Shown: positions 18,862 through 28,874, counted from the stretch's first letter. The stretch: 64,000 nucleotides of DNA from Clostridia bacterium (GCA_045578465.1 JAZNKJ010000009.1:14881-78880); one strand, 5' to 3'. The notes: generated by a model from the letters alone, not told the origin. Program-made: numbers and translations.

Positions 18862-21039
18862 TTATTTAAAATATTCAACAGCGCCTTCAAACATTCCCAT
18901 ATCGAAAACGCCCTCAACATTCTTATAAAGTCCTGTGCCAATTCTCTCTGAGTGTCCCATCTTACCGATAACTCTTCCGTCAGGAGAGGTTATACCCTCA
19001 ATGGCGAAAGCTGATCCGTTAGGGTTATACTGAATGTCATAAGTTGGATTTCCCTCTAAATCAGTGTATTGAGTTACAATCTGTCCGTTTTCAGCAAGAG
19101 ATTTGATAATTTCGTCGCTTGCTAAGAATCTTCCCTCGCCGTGAGAGATTGGAACAGTATAAATATCTCCAACCTGAGTTTTGGAAAGCCAAGGAGATTT
19201 ATTAGATGCAATTCTTGTTCTGACAAGCTTTGACTGGTGTCTTGAAATTGTGTTAAAGGTAAGTGTCGGGCTGTTTTCGTCAGCATCAACAATCTTTCCG
19301 TAAGGAACAAGACCCAGCTTGATAAGAGCCTGGAATCCGTTACAGATACCAGCCATAAGACCGTCACGGTTATCAAGGAGGTCTGAAACCGCCTCTTTGA
19401 TTTCAGCACTTCTGAAAAATGCTGTAATAAATTTACCTGAACCGTCTGGCTCGTCTCCCCCTGAGAAACCGCCCGGAACGAAGATAATCTGAGACTGCTT
19501 TGTTTTTTCTGCAAAAGCTTTGGCTGATTCTGCTATCGCCTTAGAAGAAAGATTGTTTATAACAAAGATTTCAGCCTCTGCCCCAGCTCGCTCCATAGCT
19601 TTCGCTGTGTCATATTCACAGTTTGTTCCGGGGAAAACAGGGATTAAAACTTTTGGCTTAGCCACTTTGATTGCAGGAGCAACTCTTTCCTTTGCTTCAT
19701 AAGAAAAAGCAGGAATTTTGTCAGTCTTGGTTTCAATGTTGCACTTAAAGATCTTTTCAAGTCTGCCCTCATAGATTTCATAAAGGTCAGGGAGTGCGAT
19801 TTTCTCGCTACCCTTTGCGATAATTTCCTCAGCAGTAGTTTCGCCAAGGAGAACACCGTCTAAATCAGCGTCTGTTTCAATAATGAATGAGCCGTAGTTG
19901 TAGCCGAATATGGTTTCTGTTGAAACTTCTTCATTAAACTTAAAGCCGATGTTATTTCCCATAGCCATCTTTAAAATTGCCTCGGCAACACCGCCGTAAG
20001 TCGGTGTGTAAGCGGCATATACCTTGCCCTCTCTCATAAGAGCTGTAACTTTATTAAATAAAGCTTTAAGAGAAGATGCGTCAGGGAGATTGTTTTCGTT
20101 ATATTCTGGGCTTAAAAGGTAAACCTTATGACCTGCGCCCTTAAATTCAGGGGAAATAATATTCTTTATTTCGTCCTTTGAAACAGCAAAAGAAACAAGA
20201 GTCGGAGGAACATCAAGGTCCTCAAAGGTTCCGCTCATTGAGTCTTTACCGCCGATTGATGCAATTTCAAGGTCCATCTGAGCATCAAATGCACCAAGTA
20301 AAGCAGAGGCAGGCTTGCCCCATCTTTCTTTCTTGCCGTTTGGCTTTTCAAAGTATTCCTGGAATGTAAGATAAACCTCATTAAAATCAGAGCCTGCTGC
20401 AATAAGCTTTGAAACTGATTCAACAACAGCTAAATATGCACTGTGGTATGGGCTCTTTTCTGCGATAAATGGGTTATATCCCCAAGCCATTAAAGAACAG
20501 GTCTTAGAGTCCTTTTTCTCCATAGAGATTTTATTAACCATAGCCTGAATAGGTGTTCTCTGGTGCTTTCCGCCAAATGGCATAAGGATTGTTCCTGCGC
20601 CGATTGTGGAGTCAAATCTTTCAGATAAACCTCTCTTTGAGCAAACATTAAGGTCGCCAGCAAGAGCTTTATAATTTTCTGTGAAGTTGTCACCGATTTC
20701 CTTTTCAAAGCCCTCAATCTTATTTGGAGCAATTTCTGTATGCTTTTCCGCTCCGTTTGAGTTTAAGAACTCACGGGAGAGGTTAACAATTTCGTTTCCG
20801 TTCCATGTCATTGTAAGATATGGTCTTTCGGTAACGCGGGCAACAACTGTTGCCTCTAAGTTTTCCGATTTAGCAAGCTCACAGAAACGGTCTGCGTCCT
20901 CTTTTGCAACAACAACAGCCATCCTTTCCTGAGATTCGGAAATTGCAAGCTCTGTTCCGTCAAGACCGTCATATTTTTTAGGAACGGCGTCAAGGTTTAT
21001 ATAAAGTCCGTCAGCAAGCTCGCCGATAGCGACCGACAC
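18862..21039 (-). CDS. purL: phosphoribosylformylglycinamidine synthase, C-terminal portion (FGAM synthase plus glutaminase domain)
   Basis: 725-aa track ORF. It is in the same reading frame as 21181..22548, and the frame is open up to 21180. Contains the glutaminase nucleophile motif GICNGFQAL. See the finding on the in-frame TGA. Confidence 0.85.
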   Translation of the reverse strand: MSVAIGELADGLYINLDAVPKKYDGLDGTELAISESQERMAVVVAKEDADRFCELAKSENLEATVVARVTERPYLTMTWNGNEIVNLSREFLNSNGAEKHTEIAPNKIEGFEKEIGDNFTENYKALAGDLNVCSKRGLSERFDSTIGAGTILMPFGGKHQRTPIQAMVNKISMEKKDSKTCSLMAWGYNPFIAEKSPYHSAYLAVVESVSKLIAAGSDFNEVYLTFQEYFEKPNGKKERWGKPASALLGAFDAQMDLEIASIGGKDSMSGTFEDLDVPPTLVSFAVSKDEIKNIISPEFKGAGHKVYLLSPEYNENNLPDASSLKALFNKVTALMREGKVYAAYTPTYGGVAEAILKMAMGNNIGFKFNEEVSTETIFGYNYGSFIIETDADLDGVLLGETTAEEIIAKGSEKIALPDLYEIYEGRLEKIFKCNIETKTDKIPAFSYEAKERVAPAIKVAKPKVLIPVFPGTNCEYDTAKAMERAGAEAEIFVINNLSSKAIAESAKAFAEKTKQSQIIFVPGGFSGGDEPDGSGKFITAFFRSAEIKEAVSDLLDNRDGLMAGICNGFQALIKLGLVPYGKIVDADENSPTLTFNTISRHQSKLVRTRIASNKSPWLSKTQVGDIYTVPISHGEGRFLASDEIIKSLAENGQIVTQYTDLEGNPTYDIQYNPNGSAFAIEGITSPDGRVIGKMGHSERIGTGLYKNVEGVFDMGMFEGAVEYFK

Positions 21040-21180
21040 ACCGCCTGCCCCAAAGTCATTACAACGCTTGATAAGACGGGAAGCCTCTGCGTTTCTGAAA
21101 AGTCTCTGGAGCTTTCTTTCCTCAGGAGCATTACCCTTTTGAACTTCTGCGCCACAGCTCTCAAGAGATGAGAGATCCCT

Positions 21181-22548
21181 TCATTGAGAAGAACCTGTTG
21201 CACCGCCACAGCCGTCTCGACCTGTCTTTCCGCCAAGAAGAATAACGATGTCTCCGTCAATTGGGCGTTCACGGCGAACATTTTCAGCCTTAGCTGCCGC
21301 AATAACAGCACCGATTTCCATTCTCTTTGCTGCATAGCCGTCGTGATAAAGCTCGTCAACCTGACCTGTTGCAAGACCAATCTGGTTACCGTATGAACTG
21401 TAACCGCTTGCAGCAGTTGTAACGATTTTTCTCTGAGGAAGCTTTCCTTTAAGAGTTTTTGAAACTGGAACAGTCGGGTCAGCCGCACCTGTTACACGCA
21501 TAGCCGCATAAACATAGCTTCGTCCTGAAAGCGGGTCGCGGATAGCACCGCCGATACAGGTTGCCGCACCGCCGAAAGGCTCGATTTCTGTCGGGTGGTT
21601 ATGGGTTTCGTTCTTGAAAAGGAGAAGCCATTTCTCCATTTTTCCCTCACACTCAACATCAATCTTAACTGTGCAGGCGTTGATTTCCTCGCTCTCGTCA
21701 AGGCCTTCGAGCTTGCCCTCTGCCTTTAAAAATCTTGTTGCAAGAGTTGCAATATCCATAAGATTAACAGGCTTTGTTCTACCTAGCTTTTCACGGGTAG
21801 CAATATATCTGTCATAAGCCTTTTGCAAAATCTCATCTTCAAATGTGATTTTGTCGATAGTTGTTAAAAATGTTGTATGACGGCAATGGTCAGACCAATA
21901 TGTGTCAATCATTTTAATTTCTGTTATAGTTGGGTCTCTCTTTTCGGAAACGAAATAACTTTGACAGAATTTTATATCGTCAAAGTCCATAGCAAGACCG
22001 TTTTCGTTTATAAAAGTTTTAAGCTCATCGTCATTAAGCTTTGTAAAGCCGTCAAGAGTTTTAACGGTTGTTGGAATTTCATATTCTGTTTTAAGAGTTT
22101 CGGCAATCTCTAAGCTTGCCTCTCTTGCTTCAACAGGGTTAATAACATATTTTTTGATTGCCTCCACATCAGAAGAAGAAAGCTCTCCTTTGAGGGCATA
22201 AATAGTTGCTGTTTTAACAAGAGGACGCTCCCCTTTTGAAATAAGCTGAATACACTCAGCAGCAGATGCCGCTCTCTGGTCGAACTGGCCTGGGAGATAT
22301 TCAACCCCGAAAACAGTATAGCCGTCAAGAGAAAGGGCGTCAGTTGCAATATCAAGAGGAGGCTCAGAGAAAACTGTGTTTACGCAGTAGTCGAAAAGCT
22401 CCTTGTCGATACCCTCAACATCATAGCGGTTAAAAAGTCTGACCTCTTTTAAGCCTTTTATCTGTAAAAGTGAAGTTAAATCGGATAAAAGAGCCTTTGC
22501 CTCGTTTGCAAGGTGAGGTTTTTTCTCAACATAAATTCTGTATACCAT
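21181..22548 (-). CDS. purL: phosphoribosylformylglycinamidine synthase, N-terminal portion ending at an in-frame TGA
   Basis: 455-aa ORF ending ..GKTGRDGCGGATGSSQ-TGA. The continuation RDLSSLESCGAEVQKGNAPEERKLQRLFRN.. is colinear with single-chain FGAM synthases. The ATG overlaps the purD TAA. Confidence 0.85.
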   Translation of the reverse strand: MVYRIYVEKKPHLANEAKALLSDLTSLLQIKGLKEVRLFNRYDVEGIDKELFDYCVNTVFSEPPLDIATDALSLDGYTVFGVEYLPGQFDQRAASAAECIQLISKGERPLVKTATIYALKGELSSSDVEAIKKYVINPVEAREASLEIAETLKTEYEIPTTVKTLDGFTKLNDDELKTFINENGLAMDFDDIKFCQSYFVSEKRDPTITEIKMIDTYWSDHCRHTTFLTTIDKITFEDEILQKAYDRYIATREKLGRTKPVNLMDIATLATRFLKAEGKLEGLDESEEINACTVKIDVECEGKMEKWLLLFKNETHNHPTEIEPFGGAATCIGGAIRDPLSGRSYVYAAMRVTGAADPTVPVSKTLKGKLPQRKIVTTAASGYSSYGNQIGLATGQVDELYHDGYAAKRMEIGAVIAAAKAENVRRERPIDGDIVILLGGKTGRDGCGGATGSSQ

Positions 22549-23816
22549 TAGTTTTCCTGCCTTTCTGCCATAAGAGCTCTCTTACCTATATCGTTTCTAT
22601 AATAAGCGTTATCAAAGGAAACGGTTTTAACTGTTTCGTATGCCTTTACGATTGCGCCTTCTAGTGTGTCGGCGGTTTCTGTAACACCTAAAACCCTGCC
22701 CCCTGCGGTTAAGAGTTTGCCATCAACCAGCTTTGCCCCTGCAACATAGATGTTTTTATCAGTTGGCATTTTAATCTCAAATCCGCTTTCGTATTTTTCA
22801 GGATAGCCCTTTGACGCCATAACAACGCAAGCGGCACAGCCGTCAGAGAATTCAACCTCTGCTTTATCCAAGGTTTTGTCGCTTATATGAAGCATAATGT
22901 CAAGAAGGTCGCTTTTTAAGAGCGGAAGAACAACCTGAGTTTCAGGGTCTCCGAAACGGCAGTTATATTCAATAACTTTCGGGCCTTTTTCCGTGAGCAT
23001 AAGACCGAAATATAAACAACCTGAAAAGCTTCTGCCCTCTTTGTTCATAGCCTCAATAGTGGGGAGGAAAATTGTTTCCATACATTCCTTTGCAATTGCA
23101 TCCGTATAGTATGGGTTAGGAGCGATTGTGCCCATTCCCCCTGTGTTTAAGCCCTCGTCATTGTCCTTTGCTCTCTTGTGGTCCATTGAAGAAACCATAG
23201 GGATTAAGGTTTTTCCGTCAGTAAAGGATAAAACGGAAACCTCAGGGCCTGTTAAAAATTCTTCTATAACAATATTCTCTCCGCTTGCCCCGAAAACTTT
23301 ATCTTCCATAATAGAGCGGACAGCGTCCTTTGCCTCTTCTCTTGTCTGAGCGATTATAACGCCCTTTCCGAGAGCCAGTCCGTCTGCTTTGATAACAGTT
23401 GGGATTGGAGCAGTTTCAAGATATTCATAAGCCTTTTTAGGGTCAGAAAAAATCTCAAAAGCCGCAGTTGGAATATTATATTTTTTCATAAGGTTTTTGG
23501 AAAACGCCTTGCTTCCCTCGATTATTGCTGCCTTTTTATCAGGGCCGAAGGTCTTAACCCCGATTTCGTTTAAGGCATCAACTGCGCCTAAGACAAGCGG
23601 GTCGTCAGGAGCAACAACGGCAAAATCTATCTGGTTTTCCTTTGCAAAAGCGGTTATTTTATCAATCTCTTTTGCCCCGATAGCGACGCAAGTGGCATCC
23701 TGAGCAATTCCGCCGTTTCCCGGAAGAGCATAAATTTCTGAAACCTGTTTGGTTTCTTTAAGTTTTTTAATGATGGCATGCTCACGGCCTCCGCCACCGA
23801 CTACCATAATTTTCAT
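22548..23816 (-). CDS. purD: phosphoribosylamine--glycine ligase
   Basis: 422-aa ORF. MKIMVVGGGGREHAI.. and an ATP-grasp core typical of PurD. Confidence 0.95.
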   Translation of the reverse strand: MKIMVVGGGGREHAIIKKLKETKQVSEIYALPGNGGIAQDATCVAIGAKEIDKITAFAKENQIDFAVVAPDDPLVLGAVDALNEIGVKTFGPDKKAAIIEGSKAFSKNLMKKYNIPTAAFEIFSDPKKAYEYLETAPIPTVIKADGLALGKGVIIAQTREEAKDAVRSIMEDKVFGASGENIVIEEFLTGPEVSVLSFTDGKTLIPMVSSMDHKRAKDNDEGLNTGGMGTIAPNPYYTDAIAKECMETIFLPTIEAMNKEGRSFSGCLYFGLMLTEKGPKVIEYNCRFGDPETQVVLPLLKSDLLDIMLHISDKTLDKAEVEFSDGCAACVVMASKGYPEKYESGFEIKMPTDKNIYVAGAKLVDGKLLTAGGRVLGVTETADTLEGAIVKAYETVKTVSFDNAYYRNDIGKRALMAERQEN

Positions 23817-23838
23817 AAGAGAAGTCCTCCTTTTAAGA

Positions 23839-25026
23839 TTAGTGGTGGAAAAGGCGCATTTTTGTCATTGCCATAACCATACCGTGTTTATTACAAGCTG
23901 AAATTACATTATCATCTCTGATTGAGCCGCCAGGCTGTGCAACATAGGAAACACCGCTCTTTGCCGCTCTTTCAATGTTATCCCCGAATGGGAAGAACGC
24001 ATCAGAACCAAGAGCAACACCCTTTATTGTGCTAAGGTATGCTTTTTGTTCTGCCTTTGTAAAGGCTTCTGGCTTTTCTTTAAAGAGTGTCTGCCAGATT
24101 CCGTCTGCCAATACATCTTCATCGTCGTCGGAAATATAAATGTCGATTGCATTATCTCTGTCTGGACGGCCAACAGTGTCAAGGAACGGAAGATTTAAAA
24201 CTTTCTCGTGCTGACGGAGATGCCAGATATCAGCCTTGTTACCTGCAAGACGGGTGCAGTGAATTCTTGACTGCTGTCCTGCGCCAACGCCGATAGCCTG
24301 TCCGTCCTTTGCGAAGCAAACAGAGTTTGACTGTGTATATTTAAGTGTAATTAACGCAATTATAAGGTCTCGCTTTGCTTCTGTTGGAAGATTTTTGTTG
24401 TCTGTAACGATTTCACTGAGAAGTTCTTCGTCAATTTTGAAATTGTTTCTTCCCTGTTGGAATGTGATGCCAAAGACCTGCTTTTTCTCAATTTCGTCAG
24501 GAACGAAATTAGGGTCAATCTTAACAATGTTGTATGTGCCCTTTCTCTTTTCCTTTAAAATTTCAAGAGCCTCAGGGTCGTAATCAGGAGCAATAACCCC
24601 GTCAGAAACCTCTCTCTTAATGAGTTTTGCAGTTGTAACATCGCACTTGTGGGAAAGAGCAATCCAGTCCCCGAAAGAGCTCATTCTGTCTGTGCCTCTG
24701 GCTCTTGCATAAGCTGTTGCAAGAGGAGATTCGTCAAGACCCTCAATATCGTCAACCCAGCAAGCCTTTTTAAGAGTATCGCTCATTGGGATACCAACGG
24801 CTGCTGATGTGGGGCTTACATGCTTAAAAGATGTTGCGGTTTCAATTCCGCCAAGAGCTGTGCTTAATTCCTTAACTAACTGCCAGCTGTTAAAAGCGTC
24901 AAGAAAGTTTATATAACCGGGGCGGCCGCAAAGTATTTCAATTGGAAGAGCGCTTCCGTCTTCCATATAAATTTTAGCTGGTTTCTGGTTAGGGTTACAT
25001 CCATATTTAAGTTCAAATTCCTGCAT
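23839..25026 (-). CDS. purH: AICAR formyltransferase (PurH transformylase domain only, no MGS-like cyclohydrolase domain)
   Basis: 395-aa ORF matching only the C-terminal AICARFT domain of bifunctional PurH (..GAGQQSRIHCTRLA.. ..GGSIRDDNVI..MRLFHH). Confidence 0.85.
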   Translation of the reverse strand: MQEFELKYGCNPNQKPAKIYMEDGSALPIEILCGRPGYINFLDAFNSWQLVKELSTALGGIETATSFKHVSPTSAAVGIPMSDTLKKACWVDDIEGLDESPLATAYARARGTDRMSSFGDWIALSHKCDVTTAKLIKREVSDGVIAPDYDPEALEILKEKRKGTYNIVKIDPNFVPDEIEKKQVFGITFQQGRNNFKIDEELLSEIVTDNKNLPTEAKRDLIIALITLKYTQSNSVCFAKDGQAIGVGAGQQSRIHCTRLAGNKADIWHLRQHEKVLNLPFLDTVGRPDRDNAIDIYISDDDEDVLADGIWQTLFKEKPEAFTKAEQKAYLSTIKGVALGSDAFFPFGDNIERAAKSGVSYVAQPGGSIRDDNVISACNKHGMVMAMTKMRLFHH

Positions 25027-25038
25027 TTTTATCTCCTC

Positions 25039-25758
25039 CTATTTATTCTTGTTAATAAGGCGGTTTGTTTCCTCGCCTGTTTCAAGGTCAATGTAGCGAA
25101 CATAAAGGGAAATTTTGTTCTGCTCGTTAAGATTTGTCCAAATACCGTTTGTGAAATCATCAATATCGTTTGGAATTGCAACTCTTTCAGGCTCTCCGCA
25201 GAAGGTTGGAATTGGGTTTCCGTCACAGATATATGTGTGGAGGAAATGCCCAAGACCATTTAACGGTGCATATTCATAGTGATATCTGTTGCAAGCTGTG
25301 CCCTCTGCGTCGGCACTCTTTAAAATGCTCATTTCGTATGTAAAGTCAGGCTTGTCGAAAGTAAACATAGCACTGATTCTTGGTGTGAAATTAGGAGCAT
25401 CAGGCTCAAACTCACGGGTTGTAAGAGCTTCTTTAAAGGTTTTGTCCTCTTTAACGAAGTTATAGATTGTGTCTGTCTGGTCTCCGTTTGTAACGATGAG
25501 CTTGTTATCAAAAACTCGGACAGGAGAATAGATAATAAGGCTTGGGTCTTCCACTTTTGATGCATCAAAAGGATGGATTATAACCTCGCTTCCGTCTTCG
25601 ATAAAGATACGGTTACGGCTGTTTTCGCTACGGCCCATAATGAAGTATGCAAAAACCGCTTTCTTTCCGTCTTCGCTCTTTCCGCAGATAATTCCACGAC
25701 CAGCGTATGAGTTGTTTTTAAGCAAATCTTCGATTTTGTTGATTTCGTAAATATTCAT
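25039..25758 (-). CDS. purO: IMP cyclohydrolase, archaeal PurO-like type
   Basis: 239-aa ORF. NSYAGRGIICGKSEDGKKAVFAYFIMGRSENSRNR resembles the PurO (IMP_cyclohyd) family. It lies adjacent to the stand-alone AICARFT gene. Confidence 0.75.
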   Translation of the reverse strand: MNIYEINKIEDLLKNNSYAGRGIICGKSEDGKKAVFAYFIMGRSENSRNRIFIEDGSEVIIHPFDASKVEDPSLIIYSPVRVFDNKLIVTNGDQTDTIYNFVKEDKTFKEALTTREFEPDAPNFTPRISAMFTFDKPDFTYEMSILKSADAEGTACNRYHYEYAPLNGLGHFLHTYICDGNPIPTFCGEPERVAIPNDIDDFTNGIWTNLNEQNKISLYVRYIDLETGEETNRLINKNK

Positions 25759-25772
25759 TTTTGTATCTCCAA

Positions 25773-26384
25773 TTATTTCTTATTTTTTAAAATCTTTTTA
25801 GCAACCTTTTCAGTTGCAAGAGGAAGTATCTTCCATTCCGCGTGGCGCATAACTCTCATCTGCAAGGACTTCGCGGTGTCATTTCTTGAAATGTTAACCG
25901 CCTTTTGCATAATTATTTCGCCGCCGTCAGGAATTTCGTTTACATAGTGGACTGTTGCCCCCGTAACCTTAACCCCGTAGGAAAGAGCCGCCTCGTGGAC
26001 TTTGAGCCCGTAAAAACCCTCTCCGCAAAATGAAGGGATAAGTGATGGGTGGACATTTATAATCCTCTTTTCATATTCCTTTATAAAGTTCTCACTGAGG
26101 ATACTCATAAATCCTGCAAGAACAATAAAATCTATTTCGTTTTCTTTAAGGTGGTGCAAAATTTTCTCTTCAAATTCGGCCTGAGAGGAGCAGTCCTTTT
26201 TGGAAACGATAACAGAGAGAATGTTGTTTTCTTCTGCTCGTGTTAAGGCATAGGCGTCCTTGTTGCTTGAAACAACAAGGGAAATCTCTCCGCTTTTTAT
26301 AATGCCACTCTTCTGGGCATCAATTAAGGCTTGAAGATTTGTTCCTCCTCCTGAAACCAAAACTGCAATTTTAGCTTTTAGCAT
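25773..26384 (-). CDS. purN: phosphoribosylglycinamide formyltransferase
   Basis: 203-aa ORF with [17 protein letters not shown] and NVHPSLIP motifs. Confidence 0.93.
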   Translation of the reverse strand: MLKAKIAVLVSGGGTNLQALIDAQKSGIIKSGEISLVVSSNKDAYALTRAEENNILSVIVSKKDCSSQAEFEEKILHHLKENEIDFIVLAGFMSILSENFIKEYEKRIINVHPSLIPSFCGEGFYGLKVHEAALSYGVKVTGATVHYVNEIPDGGEIIMQKAVNISRNDTAKSLQMRVMRHAEWKILPLATEKVAKKILKNKK

Positions 26385-27415
26385 ATTATAACCTTGTCCT
26401 CCGATTTAACGATTTCGCCGATGATGTATGCGTCTTCTCCGTTTTCTTTAAGAGTTTTAAGAGCAGTTTCTGCTTCTTCTGCACTAACAACAATGCTCAT
26501 ACCAACGCCCATATTAAAGGTGTTGAACATATCACGCTCTGAAATGTTGCCTGTCTTTGCAATAAGGTCAAAAATCGGGAGAACTTTGATTGCGCTCTTG
26601 TCGATTTTTGCGCCAAAGCCGTCAGGAAGACTTCTTGGAATGTTTTCGTAGAAACCGCCACCTGTTATATGGGAAACAGCCTTAACAGTAACCTTTTCAA
26701 AAAGGGCAAGCATAGGTTTAACATAAATTTTTGTTGGTGTTAAAAGAGTTTCAAGGATTGACTTTCCGCCAAGAGAGTCAACAGGAGACTTAATGTCTGC
26801 ATTTTCAATGTCGAAAACCTTGCGGACAAGAGAAAATCCGTTTGAATGAACGCCTGAGGAAGGAAGACCAATAATTACATCTCCCTCTTTAACAGCAGAG
26901 TTGTCTAAAACCTTTGATTTATCAACAACGCCAACTGAAAAACCTGCTAAATCATATTCGTCGATTGGATAAAAGCCCGGCATCTCAGCAGTCTCTCCGC
27001 CGATTAAAGCACAGCCTGACTGAACACAGCCTTCGGCAATGCCTGAAACGATGTCAGCGATTTTTTCAGGAACATTCTTTCCGCAAGCGATATAATCAAG
27101 GAAGAAAAGCGGCTTAGCGCCAACGCAGATAATATCGTTAACACACATAGCAACACAGTCAATACCAACTGTGTTGTGCTTGTCGGATAAGAAAGCAAGT
27201 TTAAGCTTTGTTCCAACACCGTCAGTTCCGCTTACTAAAACAGGCTTTTCTATCCCTGTCATATCAAGCTCAAAAAGGCCGCCGAAACCGCCGATGTCGG
27301 TGGTTTTTCCGTTTGCCATAGTTTTTGCAATATGCTGTTTCATAAGTTCAACGGCTCTGTATCCCGCTGTAATATCAACGCCTGCCGCTGCATAACTTTC
27401 ACTGTAACTCTTCAT
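26378..27415 (-). CDS. purM: phosphoribosylformylglycinamidine cyclo-ligase (AIR synthase)
   Basis: 345-aa [25 protein letters not shown] are typical of PurM. Confidence 0.95.
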   Translation of the reverse strand: MKSYSESYAAAGVDITAGYRAVELMKQHIAKTMANGKTTDIGGFGGLFELDMTGIEKPVLVSGTDGVGTKLKLAFLSDKHNTVGIDCVAMCVNDIICVGAKPLFFLDYIACGKNVPEKIADIVSGIAEGCVQSGCALIGGETAEMPGFYPIDEYDLAGFSVGVVDKSKVLDNSAVKEGDVIIGLPSSGVHSNGFSLVRKVFDIENADIKSPVDSLGGKSILETLLTPTKIYVKPMLALFEKVTVKAVSHITGGGFYENIPRSLPDGFGAKIDKSAIKVLPIFDLIAKTGNISERDMFNTFNMGVGMSIVVSAEEAETALKTLKENGEDAYIIGEIVKSEDKVIIC

Positions 27416-27436
27416 AAGATTTAAGTCCTTTCTGAT

Positions 27437-28861
27437 TTATTCTTTACCTGACCAACAATAAGTGCATAATTTACAAGGCTCAATGCCTATTGCTTCAATA
27501 ATTCCATCTAAGGATTGGAATTCTAATGAATCAAAGTGAAGCTTCTCGCAAATGGTTTTGCGGAGGTTTTTACCTCTCTCAGTTTTAGAGTCGCTGTATT
27601 CCTCAATGTGTTTAAAACCCTCTTCCCCTTCAAGCTCCATAATAACCTGACGGGCGATAAGCTCCATATCGCTTGTTGCACGGGAGAAATTAAGGTATTT
27701 ACAACCGTACATAATAGGCGGACAAGCGGAGCGCATATGAACGGATTTTGCTCCGTTCTCATAAAGGAAGTCAACGGTTTCTTTAAGCTGAGTTCCTCTA
27801 ACAATTGAGTCATCAACAAAAAGAAGATTTTTATCGTGGATAAGCTCAGAAACAGGAATCTGTTTCATTTTCGCAATCTTGTTTCTGTCCTTCTGGCTTG
27901 CAGGAGTAAAACTCTTCTGCCAGGTTGGAGTATATTTTATAAAAGGTCTTGCAAAAGGAATGTGGCTCTTGTTTGCATAGCCGATTGCGTGAGGAGTTCC
28001 CGAGTCGGGCACTCCGCAGGCATAATCAATACCTTCCGTAAGTCCTGCCTCCATATCGCTCTCTGCCATAATCTCGCCGTTTTTGCATCTCATAGTTTCT
28101 ACATTTATTCCCTCATAGACTGAGGTCGGATAGCCATAATAAGACCAGAGGAAAGCGCACATTCTCATTTCCTCTCCCGGAGGGGCAAGAACCGTGCAGC
28201 TGTCTGCCGTAAGCTCAACGATTTCCCCCGGTCCAAGCTCCTTAAAATCGTCATAGCCAAGCTTTTTATAAGCAAAATCCTCAAAGGAAACGCAAAATCC
28301 GTCTTCGTTTTTCCCAATCAGAACAGGAATTCTTCCAAGACGGTCGCGGGCCGCAATAATATTTCCGTCATCTTTTAAAATAAGGATTGATGCGGTTCCG
28401 TCAATAACGCTTTGAGCAAATTTAATACCCTCGGCAAAGGAATCCTTTTGGTTAATTAAAGAGGCCACAAGCTCTGTGGAGTTTACCTTTCCTCCTGTCA
28501 TAACGCTGAAATGTCCTCCGTCTGTTAAGAGATACTTTTTAATAAGCTCCTCGGAGTTATTGATAAGACCAATTGTTGAAATGGCATAAGAGCCAATGTT
28601 AGAACGGATTAAAAGAGGTTGCGGGTCGCTGTCGCTTATACAGCCGATAGCACTCTTTCCCTGCATCTCTTCAAAAACCTTAGCAAATTTTGTTCTAAAA
28701 GGTGCATTTTCGATATTATGAATGTCTCTTTGGAGACCAACTTTATCGCAAACCGCCGCCATTCCGCCTCGGCGTGTGCCTAAATGGGAATGATAGTCCG
28801 TGCCGAAAAAGACATCGGAGATTGCGTCGTGCTTACTTACTGTTCCAAAAAATCCTCCCAT
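27437..28861 (-). CDS. purF: amidophosphoribosyltransferase homolog lacking the N-terminal catalytic cysteine
   Basis: 474-aa ORF. The PRTase domain is clear (GVPDSGTPHAIGYA, LLFVDDSIVRGTQ). The N-terminus reads MGGFFGT.., not MCGI/VxG. The start is well defined by GGAGG 7 nt upstream. Confidence 0.8.
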   Translation of the reverse strand: MGGFFGTVSKHDAISDVFFGTDYHSHLGTRRGGMAAVCDKVGLQRDIHNIENAPFRTKFAKVFEEMQGKSAIGCISDSDPQPLLIRSNIGSYAISTIGLINNSEELIKKYLLTDGGHFSVMTGGKVNSTELVASLINQKDSFAEGIKFAQSVIDGTASILILKDDGNIIAARDRLGRIPVLIGKNEDGFCVSFEDFAYKKLGYDDFKELGPGEIVELTADSCTVLAPPGEEMRMCAFLWSYYGYPTSVYEGINVETMRCKNGEIMAESDMEAGLTEGIDYACGVPDSGTPHAIGYANKSHIPFARPFIKYTPTWQKSFTPASQKDRNKIAKMKQIPVSELIHDKNLLFVDDSIVRGTQLKETVDFLYENGAKSVHMRSACPPIMYGCKYLNFSRATSDMELIARQVIMELEGEEGFKHIEEYSDSKTERGKNLRKTICEKLHFDSLEFQSLDGIIEAIGIEPCKLCTYCWSGKE

Positions 28862-28874
28862 GTTTTACCTCCGT

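Noticed and set aside
21181-21183. The in-frame TGA in purL as selenocysteine, or as evidence for a TGA-reassigned genetic code (code 4 or 25).
   Set aside because: dnaN (4566..4568) and parB (9086..9088) both terminate with TGA at their expected C-termini, so TGA is a normal stop here. The position is a non-conserved linker, not a redox-active site. The downstream hairpin is only 6 bp and unlike a bacterial SECIS. Read-through or error remains possible (see findings).
20997-21488. A 163-aa ORF in another frame spanning the purL interruption, suggesting a frameshift.
   Set aside because: The two purL pieces are in the same frame (21183-21039 = 144, divisible by 3) and the intervening 47 codons translate into conserved FGAM synthase sequence. 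The third-frame ORF has a non-protein-like composition.
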